64,000 nucleotides of DNA from Marsupella aquatica (lineage: Eukaryota; Plantae; Marchantiophyta), in the NCBI GenBank assembly GCA_973895155.1, contig OZ316896.1:7114580-7178579 (forward strand), in the 5' to 3' direction. A model generated the notes under the pieces. It worked only from the letters and a program-made list of their open reading frames with translations. It searched no databases and was not told where the DNA came from. This document shows, in pieces, positions 22,240 to 34,287 of the stretch (within the stretch, counting starts at the first letter, position 1; each line of letters opens with the position of its first letter). A program made the position numbers and the translations under genes.

Positions 22240-23625
22240 TATTTACAAGGCACACCTTGTGGCCAAAGGGTACACCTAGAAGGAAGGCTTTGACTACACA
22301 GAGATTTTCTCACCAATTGTCAAACTCGCTACTATTTGTGTTTTACTTGCAATTGTGACATTCTATGATCTTGAGTTAAATTAGATGGATGTAATTATTG
22401 CTCTTTTGCATGGATTGCTTGATGTGGAGATTTGTATGACTCAGCCTCCAGGTTTTATTGACAAGAAGACCAGACACTTGGTATGTAAGCTCTTGCACTC
22501 GTTATACGGATTGAAGCTGAGTCCCAAAAATTGAATAAGTGTTTTGATTCTTTCATGTTGTCTCAGGGGTTCATGCAAAGTGAACATGATTGTTGTATTT
22601 ACATGAAGGAGGTGGAGAACTACTCACACTTTGGTTACATTGTGGTGACATTGTACGTGGATGACATGTTGATCCTAGCTGAGAATAAGTTTGATATTGC
22701 CCATCTGAAAGCAATGTTGAGTAAGGAGTGTCAATGAAGGACTTGGGTCAGGCCAAAAAGATTCTAGGGATGGAGATTCATCATGACAAGGAGCAAAGGC
22801 AATTATGGTTGTCTTAGAGTCAGTATTTGGAGAAGGTACTTGCAAAGTGTGGAATGAAGAATGCAAAACCAGTTGGTACTCCATTGGTTTCACACTTCAA
22901 ACTCTCAAAGAATGACTGCCCTTCTAGTGAGAGTGATATATTGGAGATGAAATAGGTGGGTAGTTTGATGTATGCGATGACATGCACTAAACCTGACATT
23001 GCCCCTTGTTGTGAGCATTTTAAGTAGAGTTATGGCAAATCTTGGCAAGCTTCACTAGGAAGCAGTGAAGTGGGTTTTGCGGTATCTGAAAGGTAGGTCC
23101 TTAGATTATGGGATTCTATTTGACAATAAAGCAAACCCTACATTAGAGTTGGAAGGTTTTGTAGATTCAGATTATGCTGGTAACTTGGATAACAAGAAGT
23201 CTACTATAGGCTATGTGTTTACATTGGATGGAGGTTGTATCAGCTGGAAGTCGGCAACTCAATCCCGTGCTGCATTGTCTACTATTGAGGCTGAGTACAT
23301 GGTTGCCTGTGAGGCAACCAAGGAGCTGATCTAGCTACGGAGGTTGGTGAGTGATCTGGGTCTTTCACAAGAAAGACCAATGCTATTGTGTGATAGTCAA
23401 AGTGCTTTGCATTTGGCTAAGAACCCTGTGTTCCATGGCAGGACAAAGCACATTGATATTCGTTACCACTTCATCTATGAGGTGATTGAGACAAAGAAAA
23501 TGTTTCCGGAGAAGGTGGCTTCAGAGGAGAACGTGATAGACATGCTTACCAATGTTTTACTTACAAGTAGCTTTAGTCATTGTGTGGATATAATTAATTT
23601 TAGAGCCAAACCAGAGACTATGTAG
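22240..23625 (+). pseudogene. Ty1/Copia RT-RNase H remnant
   Basis: [55 protein letters not shown] and [11 protein letters not shown] motifs; many stops. Confidence 0.93.
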
Positions 23626-23693
23626 ATATGTTCTTTAGTTATATATTGTGATTCACCTAAGCCATTGTGTGAATTGGAATAAAGGGTGGAGAT

Positions 23694-23838
23694 TGTTAGG
23701 AATTGACGTTCAGTTCCCATCTTCTAGTTAGTTTGTCCTTACTAGGGTTAGTTGACCCTTGATTAGTCTAGGATAAGATCCACTTATTTAGGCTCTCACA
23801 TCTTAGTCCCCCTTGGGAGGTATAGGTTGGAGGGAGAA

Positions 23839-23925
<87 letters not shown>

Positions 23926-24167
23926 CACATGTAGACTCATATGCTATGGATCCTTCAGGGTTTCTCCACTTGGAGTGTCTCATCGGTGTAGCATCTAATT
24001 GAGTCAGTGTCTCTCATGTTTTGCATTGCTGTCTAGTCCAGAGCTAACAGTTTCTTACACCTAGTGCAATGTATTGTTGTTTACTAGTCTTCCCATACTT
24101 AGTCCCCACCGGATGGCCGTTCCAAGGGCTTGAACCATAGAGGAGCTTGGCGTCAAAGTCAGCAACA
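23694..24167 (+). mobile_element. Probable Copia 3' LTR
   Basis: PPT AAAGGGTGGAGAT (23681-23693) is followed by TGTTAGG. Candidate end ...GCAACA at 24167; the right boundary is uncertain. Confidence 0.55.
23842..23919 (+). repeat. (CT)n microsatellite
   Basis: Uninterrupted TC dinucleotide run of about 78 bp. Confidence 0.97.
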
Positions 24168-27100
24168 CTGGACCTGAGTGTTAAGGTAGTTGAGTTCCAC
24201 AACTACATGGCATTAATGGGAGGAGGGGCAGATAAAGCATTGTGCATAGGTGCATCAAGAATATGGGAAAGATCTGGTGAAAGAGGGCAACCACAGGGGT
24301 GATTGCGAGGGGGGATAGTGGGGAGAAGAGTCTGGCAGAGCTAGGCGCTTGCCATGCACCAACATTCTGAATGCATACATGGAAGACCACAACCAGAGAC
24401 AAGCAAAAGCGCATGAGAAAGCGACCAAAAGGCCAACCAAGGCATGTGAAATGAAATGAAAGGCAATGGAAGAAGCCCACCACATCACTCCAAGAAATCA
24501 CTGCCTCCAACTTGGGGTTGTAGATGATAAGAACAAAGCAAGAGCACATGTCAATGTGGCCGCCAAGTGGTAGAGTGAAGATCCTTCCACTAGTGGAGAC
24601 CTAGCCGCTACAACTCCCAAAGATGCCGGAATGTAAAATGCATAGGCCTCCCAAAGCACGCAGAAACAAAGGGCCACCAAAACTGAAAAGAATACACAGG
24701 AACGCTCCAAAGTTGATCAAGGGAAATTGCCACCAAAAATTGATGAGGATATCTAAATTGTAATCGGAGCAAAACGATGGTGATACTTCACCAAATGAAC
24801 CGTGCTATGGATTAATGTTGCACTCCCGGACAAGAGCTGGCCAAATTACCTGAGAATGCCTTATTTTGTGAATGAATAAGTGAGATAGGACCCCAAAGTT
24901 AATAAAAAAAGAGTAAGGTTAAAATTGAAGAAAAAATCACAAAATCTAATCAAGGTGTAATTGTGGCAATATGAGACCGTTAGGACCACGCTTGGGATCA
25001 ATCTGATTCTCCCTGAGAAGAGCTTTCCAAATCACTTGAGAAATCCGGAGTCCGTGGATTGACTAAGATATGACTGTCGGGATGAAGTCAAAAATCGCAG
25101 GAAAAAAACCAAAAAATGTCAAAAACAAATGTGACCATAAGTATGTAAATATGGAACCGTTTGTGATGTGTTATATCAATTTGATGCGATTCGACAAGAA
25201 CAATGTAATGCAATTGAGAAAAAGTGGATTTTGTGGAGAATTGAGTGCGGGAGGGTAATTGAATGAGGCAAAACTGTCACCAGGGTTTGAACACCATACC
25301 CAAGAGGAGCAAGAGGAGCAAGCTTTTGGGTTCAAATAATATAAACACGCCTTATTTTATTTAAAGTCAACATAAATGTTACTTCTCAAGATGAAATAAG
25401 ACTTTTTTTTTAATTAGGATAAATTGAAATCTGCCTGTCATAGAATGGTGAAACTTACTATGTCTGATGAAGCTTTGAGGCACCTTAGTAATATGTATGC
25501 TTACAAATACATAAAACTTTGGGACTCACTATGAATATATACACAATTTTTACTTGGAGGTGAATGCTCTAAAACCCGACAGAGTCCGTCAATCCGAGCT
25601 CGTAAATCAAATTATTCGCTTGGTGGATAACTGGAACTGTGCAATATGGCCACGACACCAGTCAAACCAAGAACAGCGCCCTCCAGCTGTCAGGTGGGAA
25701 TTACTGTCCACGTACGGATCAGCACCATTGACGAAATCTTTTGCCCGATGACATCGAGGAACGAGGATCCATTGCGTAAATGAAACTCGAGTAAATAAGA
25801 AGCTACTCATTTTCTTGTGGTATATAAATTGTAGAAACCATACTAACAGACACGAGTCATGTTTGAGGTTTGCAAGGACGGCCAACACAGTGGAAACACG
25901 TGACCGTGGCTCACTCAGCCAGACAAGGACCCAAATGGCGGAAAGATCTGTGCTAACCCAGTCCTGTGCTATGGGAGCGTACACCACTCCGGAAAGCGAA
26001 TGGTCACACAACTACTTTCCTAACCGATAAAAATAATTGTGGCCAAGGCCTTCTCTCCTTCCCTTCTAGAATATTGGCTTATTCATTGTGATCAAGACTT
26101 GGCAATGACCATAGAACCAACAACTCTAGATTGTATGGTGTTCCGATCATTCGAACCATTTTGGTGCCAAACAGAGTTTCCACTAAGTCCGTTCGAGTCA
26201 GCAGGAAGGTCCAAAAGAAGAACACATATACAAGCGATACAGCCAGCGCCTTGAGAAGATGCTCCACAAATGAAGACACAAATGAAGTAGATTGCGACTA
26301 TTATTTTCAATTTTGTGTAAAGTTCCGTTCGAAAAAATTATTTACAATTTCCGGCTGTGAATTGATATCGAGGTCTTCCGGGAGCAACTGGTCCTAAAAG
26401 GTTCTCCAAGAGGTTGCCTGGCTAGGGTCCACCATGACATAAAAGAACGGGTTCAGTCAAAGTACGCCGCAAAAGGAACTGAGAGGCAATCCAGACACCA
26501 GCAGGACATTACTTTTTCAGACTATATCGGTCTTGTGTATGTGCCACCATCGCAAACGACAAAGGTCTACCGTAGTGACCGGGAGAGATCAACCATGAAC
26601 CTCTTGATTCGATACCCCAACCGTCAAAGCCGAAACAAGTACATTGGCCGGAACATCAACTGCTCGCTCTGCCGCATCCAATCCATGGCTTAAACCAAGC
26701 GAGCGGTAACACGATATGATCCAAATGACGATACGATTCGTCACTTTCAATACCACGTCCTCACACAAATTTGTTCACGGAGGACTTCCCGTGATCGAGC
26801 AAGATTCTGTACTCAGGACTAGTTTACGACTAGCTTCAGTAGTGTGAGCTCCCGCGGTAGCGATGAACACTGTAGGTGAGTGTCTGCCTGGGCCTATCGT
26901 AGGAAATTGAGCGAACTGCAGCTTTTGAACAAGGCAATTGTATCCTCTGCTGCACCTGGAGAGCGGCGCGTTGTGCTGTCCCTGCTTTGTTAAAACGGTT
27001 TCTGTAAGCCTGGTTGTTCGAAGACGGCTCGGCCACAGAGGGGCAGAAGCGCACCACCTTCTTCGGCTTACCAGCTGCCTTTCCGCTTCCTGCGAGGAAA

Positions 27101-28310
27101 AATTAGGAAGTTGGAGCTAGAATGTTACCAAACACATGTAAGAAGATGCCGATGAAAACAAGACACACTATACCCTCCGTCCGCGACTGGCGGTCGGCAA
27201 AGCGGACAAGTCATAACTGTAAGAAACCAGGAGATTTGACAAAAAAAATTGAAACAATCGAAAATTATCTTTCAAAACGACTCACTATTATTAGGCCAGC
27301 CTTAGCTCGAGTCTTGATCAGGTGGACGTCCTGATCATTCCCGCAACAGGATGTCTGCCTTGTGCACGATCTGGATAACGCACATGCCACAACTAAGATG
27401 CTAGAGTTCCTGGTGTTGACCCAGAAGAGAACAACGATCGTATGCTAACGAACAAAACCAGCCCGACGCACGTCGCTTCAGTTCGTTAGAGTGGCGTTCC
27501 TTCAAAGAAAAAATAGTGTAAGAATACATAGAATCGTGTCTTGATGCGAGAGTCCGTCCTTACGTCAGGTCGAAGGCCATGCAACCACAAACGGCATGAC
27601 CAAAATTGAAATTCACATGGCACAACCACCTTCCAACACGGGATCGATCGATAATTCTAATGTTTTCTGACTGTGAGACCATTCTGAAAGGCAAATGAAC
27701 TGAGATTCTACCAAAGTATGAATCGAAGATGAACTGCAAGGATGCAAGGCTTCCGCCGGAGAGGCAAATGCTAGGAACTCTGCCATTCCTGGCGGAGTGG
27801 GCGAAAGTGTCCATGTAAGGAACTGACATTGATCCAGCTTGGTATGGCCCGCAATTAAGGGTTGTCCGAACGAAACGATGAATTGTCGAAAACACAATGG
27901 CTCCAGGTTTGAAATAATTCGATGAGGTCCTCCCCAGTCACACATGACTTCTAAGTTGGCGAATACGATAACTTTGAATGTGCCGAAGGACAAGTTCGAA
28001 ACCCGTCCCTGGAGTATTTTTCTAGAAGACGAGCGGATCGGATCAAATTGACCATCGCACAACGTCAGCCAACGACCGTGAGGTAGTTGGACATTCGCAT
28101 GTCACCCCAGACACTAACTCAAGCTCAGAAATTCCACTCGTTGGCAGAACGTCATCGCTTTAGGAGCGTAAGTTGCTTTCGTTGAAAGAATGCGGTACCC
28201 GTTACAACTACTAATTTCCAGTACATTCAAATACTTCGCTGAAAGTCCTAATGTTGACGAGCGGACAATTCAAAACTTGCAAACGGTGCAAAACTTCAAT
28301 CCAATAGATG

Positions 28311-28452
28311 GAACTACTCATCTATTCCTGCTAACTGCCCGCCTCGATTGCGAGGTAATAGCCGAGACTAGATAGCCGAAAAATAGAACTACTCATCTAT
28401 TCCTGCTAGCTGCCCGCCTCGATTGCGAAGTAATAGCCGAGACTAGATAGCG
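28311..28452 (+). repeat. Tandem duplication of about 75 bp
   Basis: GAACTACTCATCTATTCCTGCTA..GAGACTAGATAGC occurs twice. Confidence 0.8.
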
Positions 28453-28536
28453 AAAAATGGCAACAGATTCGATAACGTAGCAAAGTTTCAGTACAGCAAA
28501 TATTCGAGAGAAAAGCACAAGTCCACTAACGGAATA

Positions 28537-29361
28537 CTAACCTGGACTTATACGACATCCCACCAGGGAGTTCAATTTCTGGAACGAAGGAGACGACGCT
28601 GCGCTCGATAATGACGCCTCTCCAGTTACATCGTCTTCACTACAAGTATCCGTCAAGAGCCTTTCCTGTATTCTACAATTGTTTGATGAGGAAGACAGCA
28701 ACACCGCCAAGTTGCTGTCGGAAGTCTCCTGTCTTCCATGGAACTCTGACGGGCAAACATTACGAGTCGACGTGACCACAATCGAAAAATTGGTCACATG
28801 TTCGCTTCGCTGCTGATGATCATCATTTCCGGTGTCCTGCGCCTCGTCCACTTCGCGATTCGCCAGCCTGTCCTTCAAAGTTTCCTCCGTATCTAGACTT
28901 TCATTCCCGCTATCAGGCGATACCAGGTCAGCCTTAGTAAGAGTGGCAGGAAGAGTCGGAGGCAGCCGCCGTACGGCTTTCCGAAGCCACTGCAGTTGGC
29001 GCCATTGAACTTGCTCTAGTCCACTATGATTTCCTTCAATCAGCTCCGCACATTCTCCCGACTCCTTTACGACTGGCTGTTGCTTCTGAGGATTATCGCT
29101 GCCGCCATCGAGATACTCCAGTCTCCACGACCCCTTCCCTCTCTGAATGTTCACGAAGGCCTTCTTCTTATTATACTCGTAAACGAGATACATCGTCGTC
29201 CCAGACACCGCCAACGCCACCACGAGCCCCAGGCTATGAGGGACAACAGCCATCGTCAACCCAGCCACCATTTCCCTATCGACTGGTTTCTGTCTAACAA
29301 TCAAATACTGCTCTTTCTCATCGTTGGAGTCTCGCACTTTCTCGATCGAAACACCGTGCAT
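28537..29361 (-). CDS. Probable single-exon host gene: N-terminal membrane anchor + low-complexity C-terminus (likely start at MVAGL or MAVVP)
   Basis: Intact 274-codon ORF in non-repetitive DNA. Hydrophobic SLGLVVALAVSGTTMYLVY followed by KKK resembles plant N-anchored uncharacterised proteins. TATA-like AT run near 29405-29415. Confidence 0.55.
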   Translation of the reverse strand: MHGVSIEKVRDSNDEKEQYLIVRQKPVDREMVAGLTMAVVPHSLGLVVALAVSGTTMYLVYEYNKKKAFVNIQRGKGSWRLEYLDGGSDNPQKQQPVVKESGECAELIEGNHSGLEQVQWRQLQWLRKAVRRLPPTLPATLTKADLVSPDSGNESLDTEETLKDRLANREVDEAQDTGNDDHQQRSEHVTNFSIVVTSTRNVCPSEFHGRQETSDSNLAVLLSSSSNNCRIQERLLTDTCSEDDVTGEASLSSAASSPSFQKLNSLVGCRISPG

Positions 29362-31699
29362 CGGCCCTCCTCCTCACCCTGCTCATTTGTCTCGTTGCTC
29401 TCAATATATATAAATAATGCACCTTTCGAGCGTATTGGTCACGCATGTTCGATCACTCCGAGTCCGCCGCAGCCACTCCTGCTCTGAGAGGTCCTCCACA
29501 ACGTTCGGTACATTGGTTACTCCCGTAATAGATTGATTGGTCCAATCTATCTAACTACTGATTATTATCGAAGGTACATTGTAAAGGAGGAGTTGCTTCT
29601 CGACTCGTAGGTGAATAGTATGATGAAAACATGATTGCTCTGTATAGGAAGACAAGAAAGGACCAAACTTCGCGGCAGGCTGTTTCTCGACTAGTACAAC
29701 ACTAGAATAGAAAGCGCGGGTGTCAGATTCATGATTTTGTTTGAAGATGCAAAGTGCTTCCCTCACTTTCCGGGACAAGACGCTCTGTCACCTCCGGGAT
29801 TGGTTCCAGGCGGACCAGGCGGACCTGGCCCCTAATTCCAATGCCGTAGCCACCGCGTGCCTACTACTGGATCACGGCTAGTAACGGGTCGCAGAGTCGC
29901 AGACACTCCCGATTCGCAAAAATAATAATGCTGAAGTCCACTTCGCGGCCGGAGCCAGATTAATTCCTATCATACAGAGTTGCGTCACTTTTTGAAGTGG
30001 TCGTCATTCAAAATTTATAATGTTTAGTGCCAAGTAAAATAAATCAAATATGCAAAGTTAAAAGAACAAATAAAAATTAAGCCACCACAAAACATGAAGG
30101 GAGCAAAATCTTTCTTGATATTACTAATCATTTTAGGGAGTACAAAATATAATATTGTACTTGCAAATACACTCTTTATCTAATCACTCCCAGCCATTGT
30201 CTTATTTACAATGACCCTGCCCCAATGTACACCTCATGGGCATGCAATGCAAGGAGAGTATATACACCCAGTCCCCTTGTTACTCATATGAATGAAATCA
30301 TTTTATAAAAATAAATATACATGGCAAAATTCAATATATATTTGGATGAGATAACAAGGGGTTGGGGGCCAAACCACTCTTGGCTGGGGTGACAAGGTTA
30401 AGGAATACATATACAAAGGCGTAACCACATTTGACAACATCAAAAACTCTAATAAGGTGTTGCACCTTTTTTTTGCCATGGTTGTCATTTGAATTTACAG
30501 GGCCATTTTGGGTGAAAGAAACCCGGGGTCCTCACTTCTTTTCTTCCGACCCATCACGCGCGAATAAGTATAGGGTTTTTTTATTGGGTTTAATGAAATA
30601 CTTTTAAATTTTTGTTGAAGAACATTAGTGTTATTTTAATCCAATTTTGAGAATTATAAGAATCATAGGGTTTTTTAAAATCAAATATGGGAACATTCTT
30701 GGAATATTCTATTAAGTTAGGGGTTAAAAAATTCCTAAAAAAAACTTTATTGACTTAACTTTTAGGGTGTTTATTCTCCCAAAACTTCGAGCGTGATATG
30801 GGACACCCCTTGGATTGAGGCCCCCGAGGAAAGAAATTCAATATGGAAAAAAACCAAAGCAATAGTGACCAAAAATGGCCTCACACCAGCTCCTGAGGTC
30901 AACTGCCATCTGATTGCGGCGACAGCACCGAGCCAAGGCAAGTATAATGTTGTGCGGCCAGCCTCTACTACGAGTGGGGCAACCACCCTGCTGCCTTGCC
31001 CCGTGCGCCAACCGACGACTGCCACACTCTTGCGGTCAACTTCCCACCACCTTCCTTCCCGGACCCAATGACCCAGGCCGGCCCTGTCTCGCCCCACTCC
31101 CTCCCTTCTCCCCCGCCCGACTCTTTTTAATAACATCGTTTTACTTGACATATTTTTAACATCTTTTTACTTGACAACGTCTTTCACATACCAACTTCTT
31201 TGGTGACCCAACTTCTTTGTTTTAATGACATCTTTTTACTTGATGATATCGTTTACATAATGACTTCTTTGGCGACACAACTTCTGTTTTTAATGACATC
31301 TTTTACATAACAACATCATTGGCAACACATCCCCGGACACAACCTCTATTTTCTTAATGACATCTTGGCTACACGACATTTTTTTTCTCAACGACATCTT
31401 GGCCAATAGGATATCTTTTTTTCTCAACAACATCTTGGCCAACACGGCATCTTTTGTGCAACGCATGGGTATTGAGCTAGTCTACCATAATATGTTGGTT
31501 TCCAGTCCATGTTACCGTCTGTGAAAGAATCTGGAGGATCTCACCATTTGCATAAAGTTGCTTGCTGACACAACCGTTTTCTGTAATTTTACTGCCTAAT
31601 AACACCATAAGTTTGTTGTTTGACACAGTGAGTTTGCTTCCTGACACTGTAATTTTTCATCTTTCCTGGAATGGATTTTTTATAAATTTTAATACCGTG

Positions 31700-32940
31700 A
31701 AACCCCACGGATAGGGGGGAACAACAAAGGCCAATGCAGCCAGTACCAAACAACACAACAAGGGCAGCACCCCGGGGCCAACACACCCCAGCAGCCCAAC
31801 AAACCACCCACAGGGCAGACCACCGCAACATGAGCAGCCTACCCCAAGGAGCCCAAGAAAACCAATGAGCCACTATCAAGCACACTACCAAATCTAAAGA
31901 CCTCCCACCACGCCACCACCAAAGCGAAGCCGACCAGCCCGAAACCAATCCTGACGATGAAAAGCAAGCCATTCACCAGCCCGGCTAACCCGGGCATGTC
32001 GCCTGCCAAGCAGAAAATGGCAGCCACAGCAAACAGGTGATCTGCAGTCTCAGTGAGCACCAAACCAAAATTGAATTTCCTACAACCACCGGCCTGGAAC
32101 ATATGATCATTGCGTGCCCGCCAAAGCATCCACAACATTTGATAAAGCACAAACTGCTTCACAGAATGAGTAACTTCCTTCCCCAGGGAGTCATCCAACA
32201 GGGGCAACAGACCCACACCGCAAGGCACCCGAAGAGCCCCAAGCACATCCCTATACATCTGCCAGCACCTGATAGCAAACCTGCATTGAACAAACAGATG
32301 TGGCATCGACTCCAGCAGCCCGCTGCAATACTTGCATTCGCCGTTACTAGCTTTAATTCTAAGAGCCCTCTCACCCGTGAACAGACCCCCAACAATCACC
32401 CTCCATATGAAGGTCTTGGCTCTGCAAGAGAGATCTGACCCCCACAGCCGACTCCATCTCTCATTCCACTCCATCTCAGTCCCATTCGATGACCAGATAC
32501 AGTTCAGACGCTCATAGAATGACACAGATGGTCTAAGAAACTCATACACCCTGCAATTGACAATACCAAAGTAATTTTTCATCTTTACACTGGCTTTCCG
32601 TAAGTTGCATCCTGACACAATATCTTTCAATTTTGAAATCTGCAGCCAGCGCATGGAAGTAGGTGCCATCATTCAACACTATCTTTTTGCCTAAAAAAAC
32701 CCAAGAATTTCCATTCAAAAAGTCAGCATACAGAAAGGCAGGGCCGAAAGGACAACCACCCGGGGGGACCAAAGGTCTACGTGTCCGGACCGGTGAAGCC
32801 AGAACCAGGTAAGAAGCTGAGCCTAAAAAAAGGCAGCCAAACAAGAAATTTGGAAACTACTGCAGGAGCAACACACTCCCAAAGACCAGCCAGTGAACAG
32901 ACCAACTAGGTCCTAAACAATGGGTCTGCAAAAGAAAACC
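31700..32940 (-). mobile_element. L1-type LINE 3' remnant (zf-RVT)
   Basis: WSRLW..RAKTFIWR..CKYCSGLLESMPHLFVQC..LWMLWRARNDHMF in ORF 31839-32672. Confidence 0.85.
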
Positions 32941-32949
32941 TATTCGTCT

Positions 32950-34287
32950 ACTTGTAGTGCAGCCTCAAAACCCCAGGCGACATTAACTCATGGCTGAACT
33001 TGAAGTGTGTCTTCATGAATTTGCCATAGGCCATCCCATGTACCATATTCCCGGAACAAGTCTTGGCTTGCATCCGCAAAGGTGGTCTTCCCAATCCGAA
33101 TCTTGGCCCAGTGTCTGGCCCAATCACTTTTGAGATAAATGCCAAGGCGATGCCAAGCCTTCCTGATGCCCCTGTGGGGATTTGGTTGTGTATGCTCAAT
33201 GAAATGTGTGCACCGATCCTTCCAAATGTCAACATATAATGGCCCTGAAAAGTTGCTAGAGCTTTGCTGTTATGTCCCACGCATCTGGAAGTTTCGCTTC
33301 AACGAAAATGTGAACAGGTTGAAGGAGGATCCGGCTCCCATGAGAGAATGTGCATTGTTGAAGGATGGATTGTACTCAGGTCAGATGACCTGTGACACAA
33401 CACACTCCCATATGCAATGAACCATATCTTCATGTTGATTCAATCCACATCTAGTGCACCAGGTAATTGGGTCAGTGGGTGGTAAACGGGGAAACCTCTA
33501 GTGCTGTGTTGCAGGGATGCAATAAATCAATTGCCACATGTAGCAGCTCTCCCAAGCAGCACGGAAGGGGAGCCAGGTGCGGGTCCATAGAGTTCCGGGA
33601 TCAGGAGTCCAATTCAACCAGATTGCCCATTTGTGTAAGGCCTCATGGAGGATTTTGGGGGGGCGCCCCTGGATTTCCCTTATGTGAGTAGTGGACATAT
33701 CCAAGAAAGGAAGGCCATCATTCCACTCATATTGGAGCAAAGGTGCCAGAGGGCGATGGGCCTCCCAATGCAATGTTGGTGGACAGTAGCAGCGCCCTGC
33801 TTCCTGACCAAAACCCTGTGCAGGGCGCCTCAGTTGGTGGAGCACAGGTGTCCATTTTGTGTACACAATTGTTAATCACCTGGAAGGCCAGGCCCGCTTT
33901 GGTGTTGAGGAATCCTGGGCGAATTGCCATTGGGTCGTAATGATTCACCTCATATTTGAGAACTCCCAGATGTACAGGTTGCAGTCTGATAGCCATGCTT
34001 CCATGAAAATAGGGAGTAATTTGCCACGGTCATTGTGTAGCTCTAGAACACTCTTGAGATCGGCTAACATCTTTTGGTAAGAGCAGGCACAATTTCGTGG
34101 TAGTACCACAATAGGCCCATCCTCTCACCTTAGGAAGTTTCCTTGTGCATCCAAGACATCTTGCATCAATTGAAAACCTGCCATCTTCATTTTACAGTGT
34201 GGATTGCTATGGCACTTCCCCCCAATGGAGTGATATGGTTGAGATGAGGTCTCCAAAGGGGGAGGTGTCTCCAGCCTACAAAGTGTC
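32950..34287 (-). mobile_element. Second, more decayed L1-type LINE remnant
   Basis: Minus-strand CTRCGLNQHEDMVHCIWEC near 33400-33460 (zf-RVT); many stops. Confidence 0.65.

Noticed and set aside
22232-22240. Helitron 3' end (CTAG|T)
   Set aside because: No GC-rich hairpin upstream; CACTAGTAGAAA fits a CACTA TIR better.
24170-28300. Many short ORFs
   Set aside because: No domain motifs or consistent exon chain recognised; probably intergenic or decayed repeats.
30500-31470. Weak inverted ends (GGCCATTTTGG..CCAAAAATGGCC) and GACATCTT repeats
   Set aside because: Too degenerate and no TSD, so an element cannot be defined.
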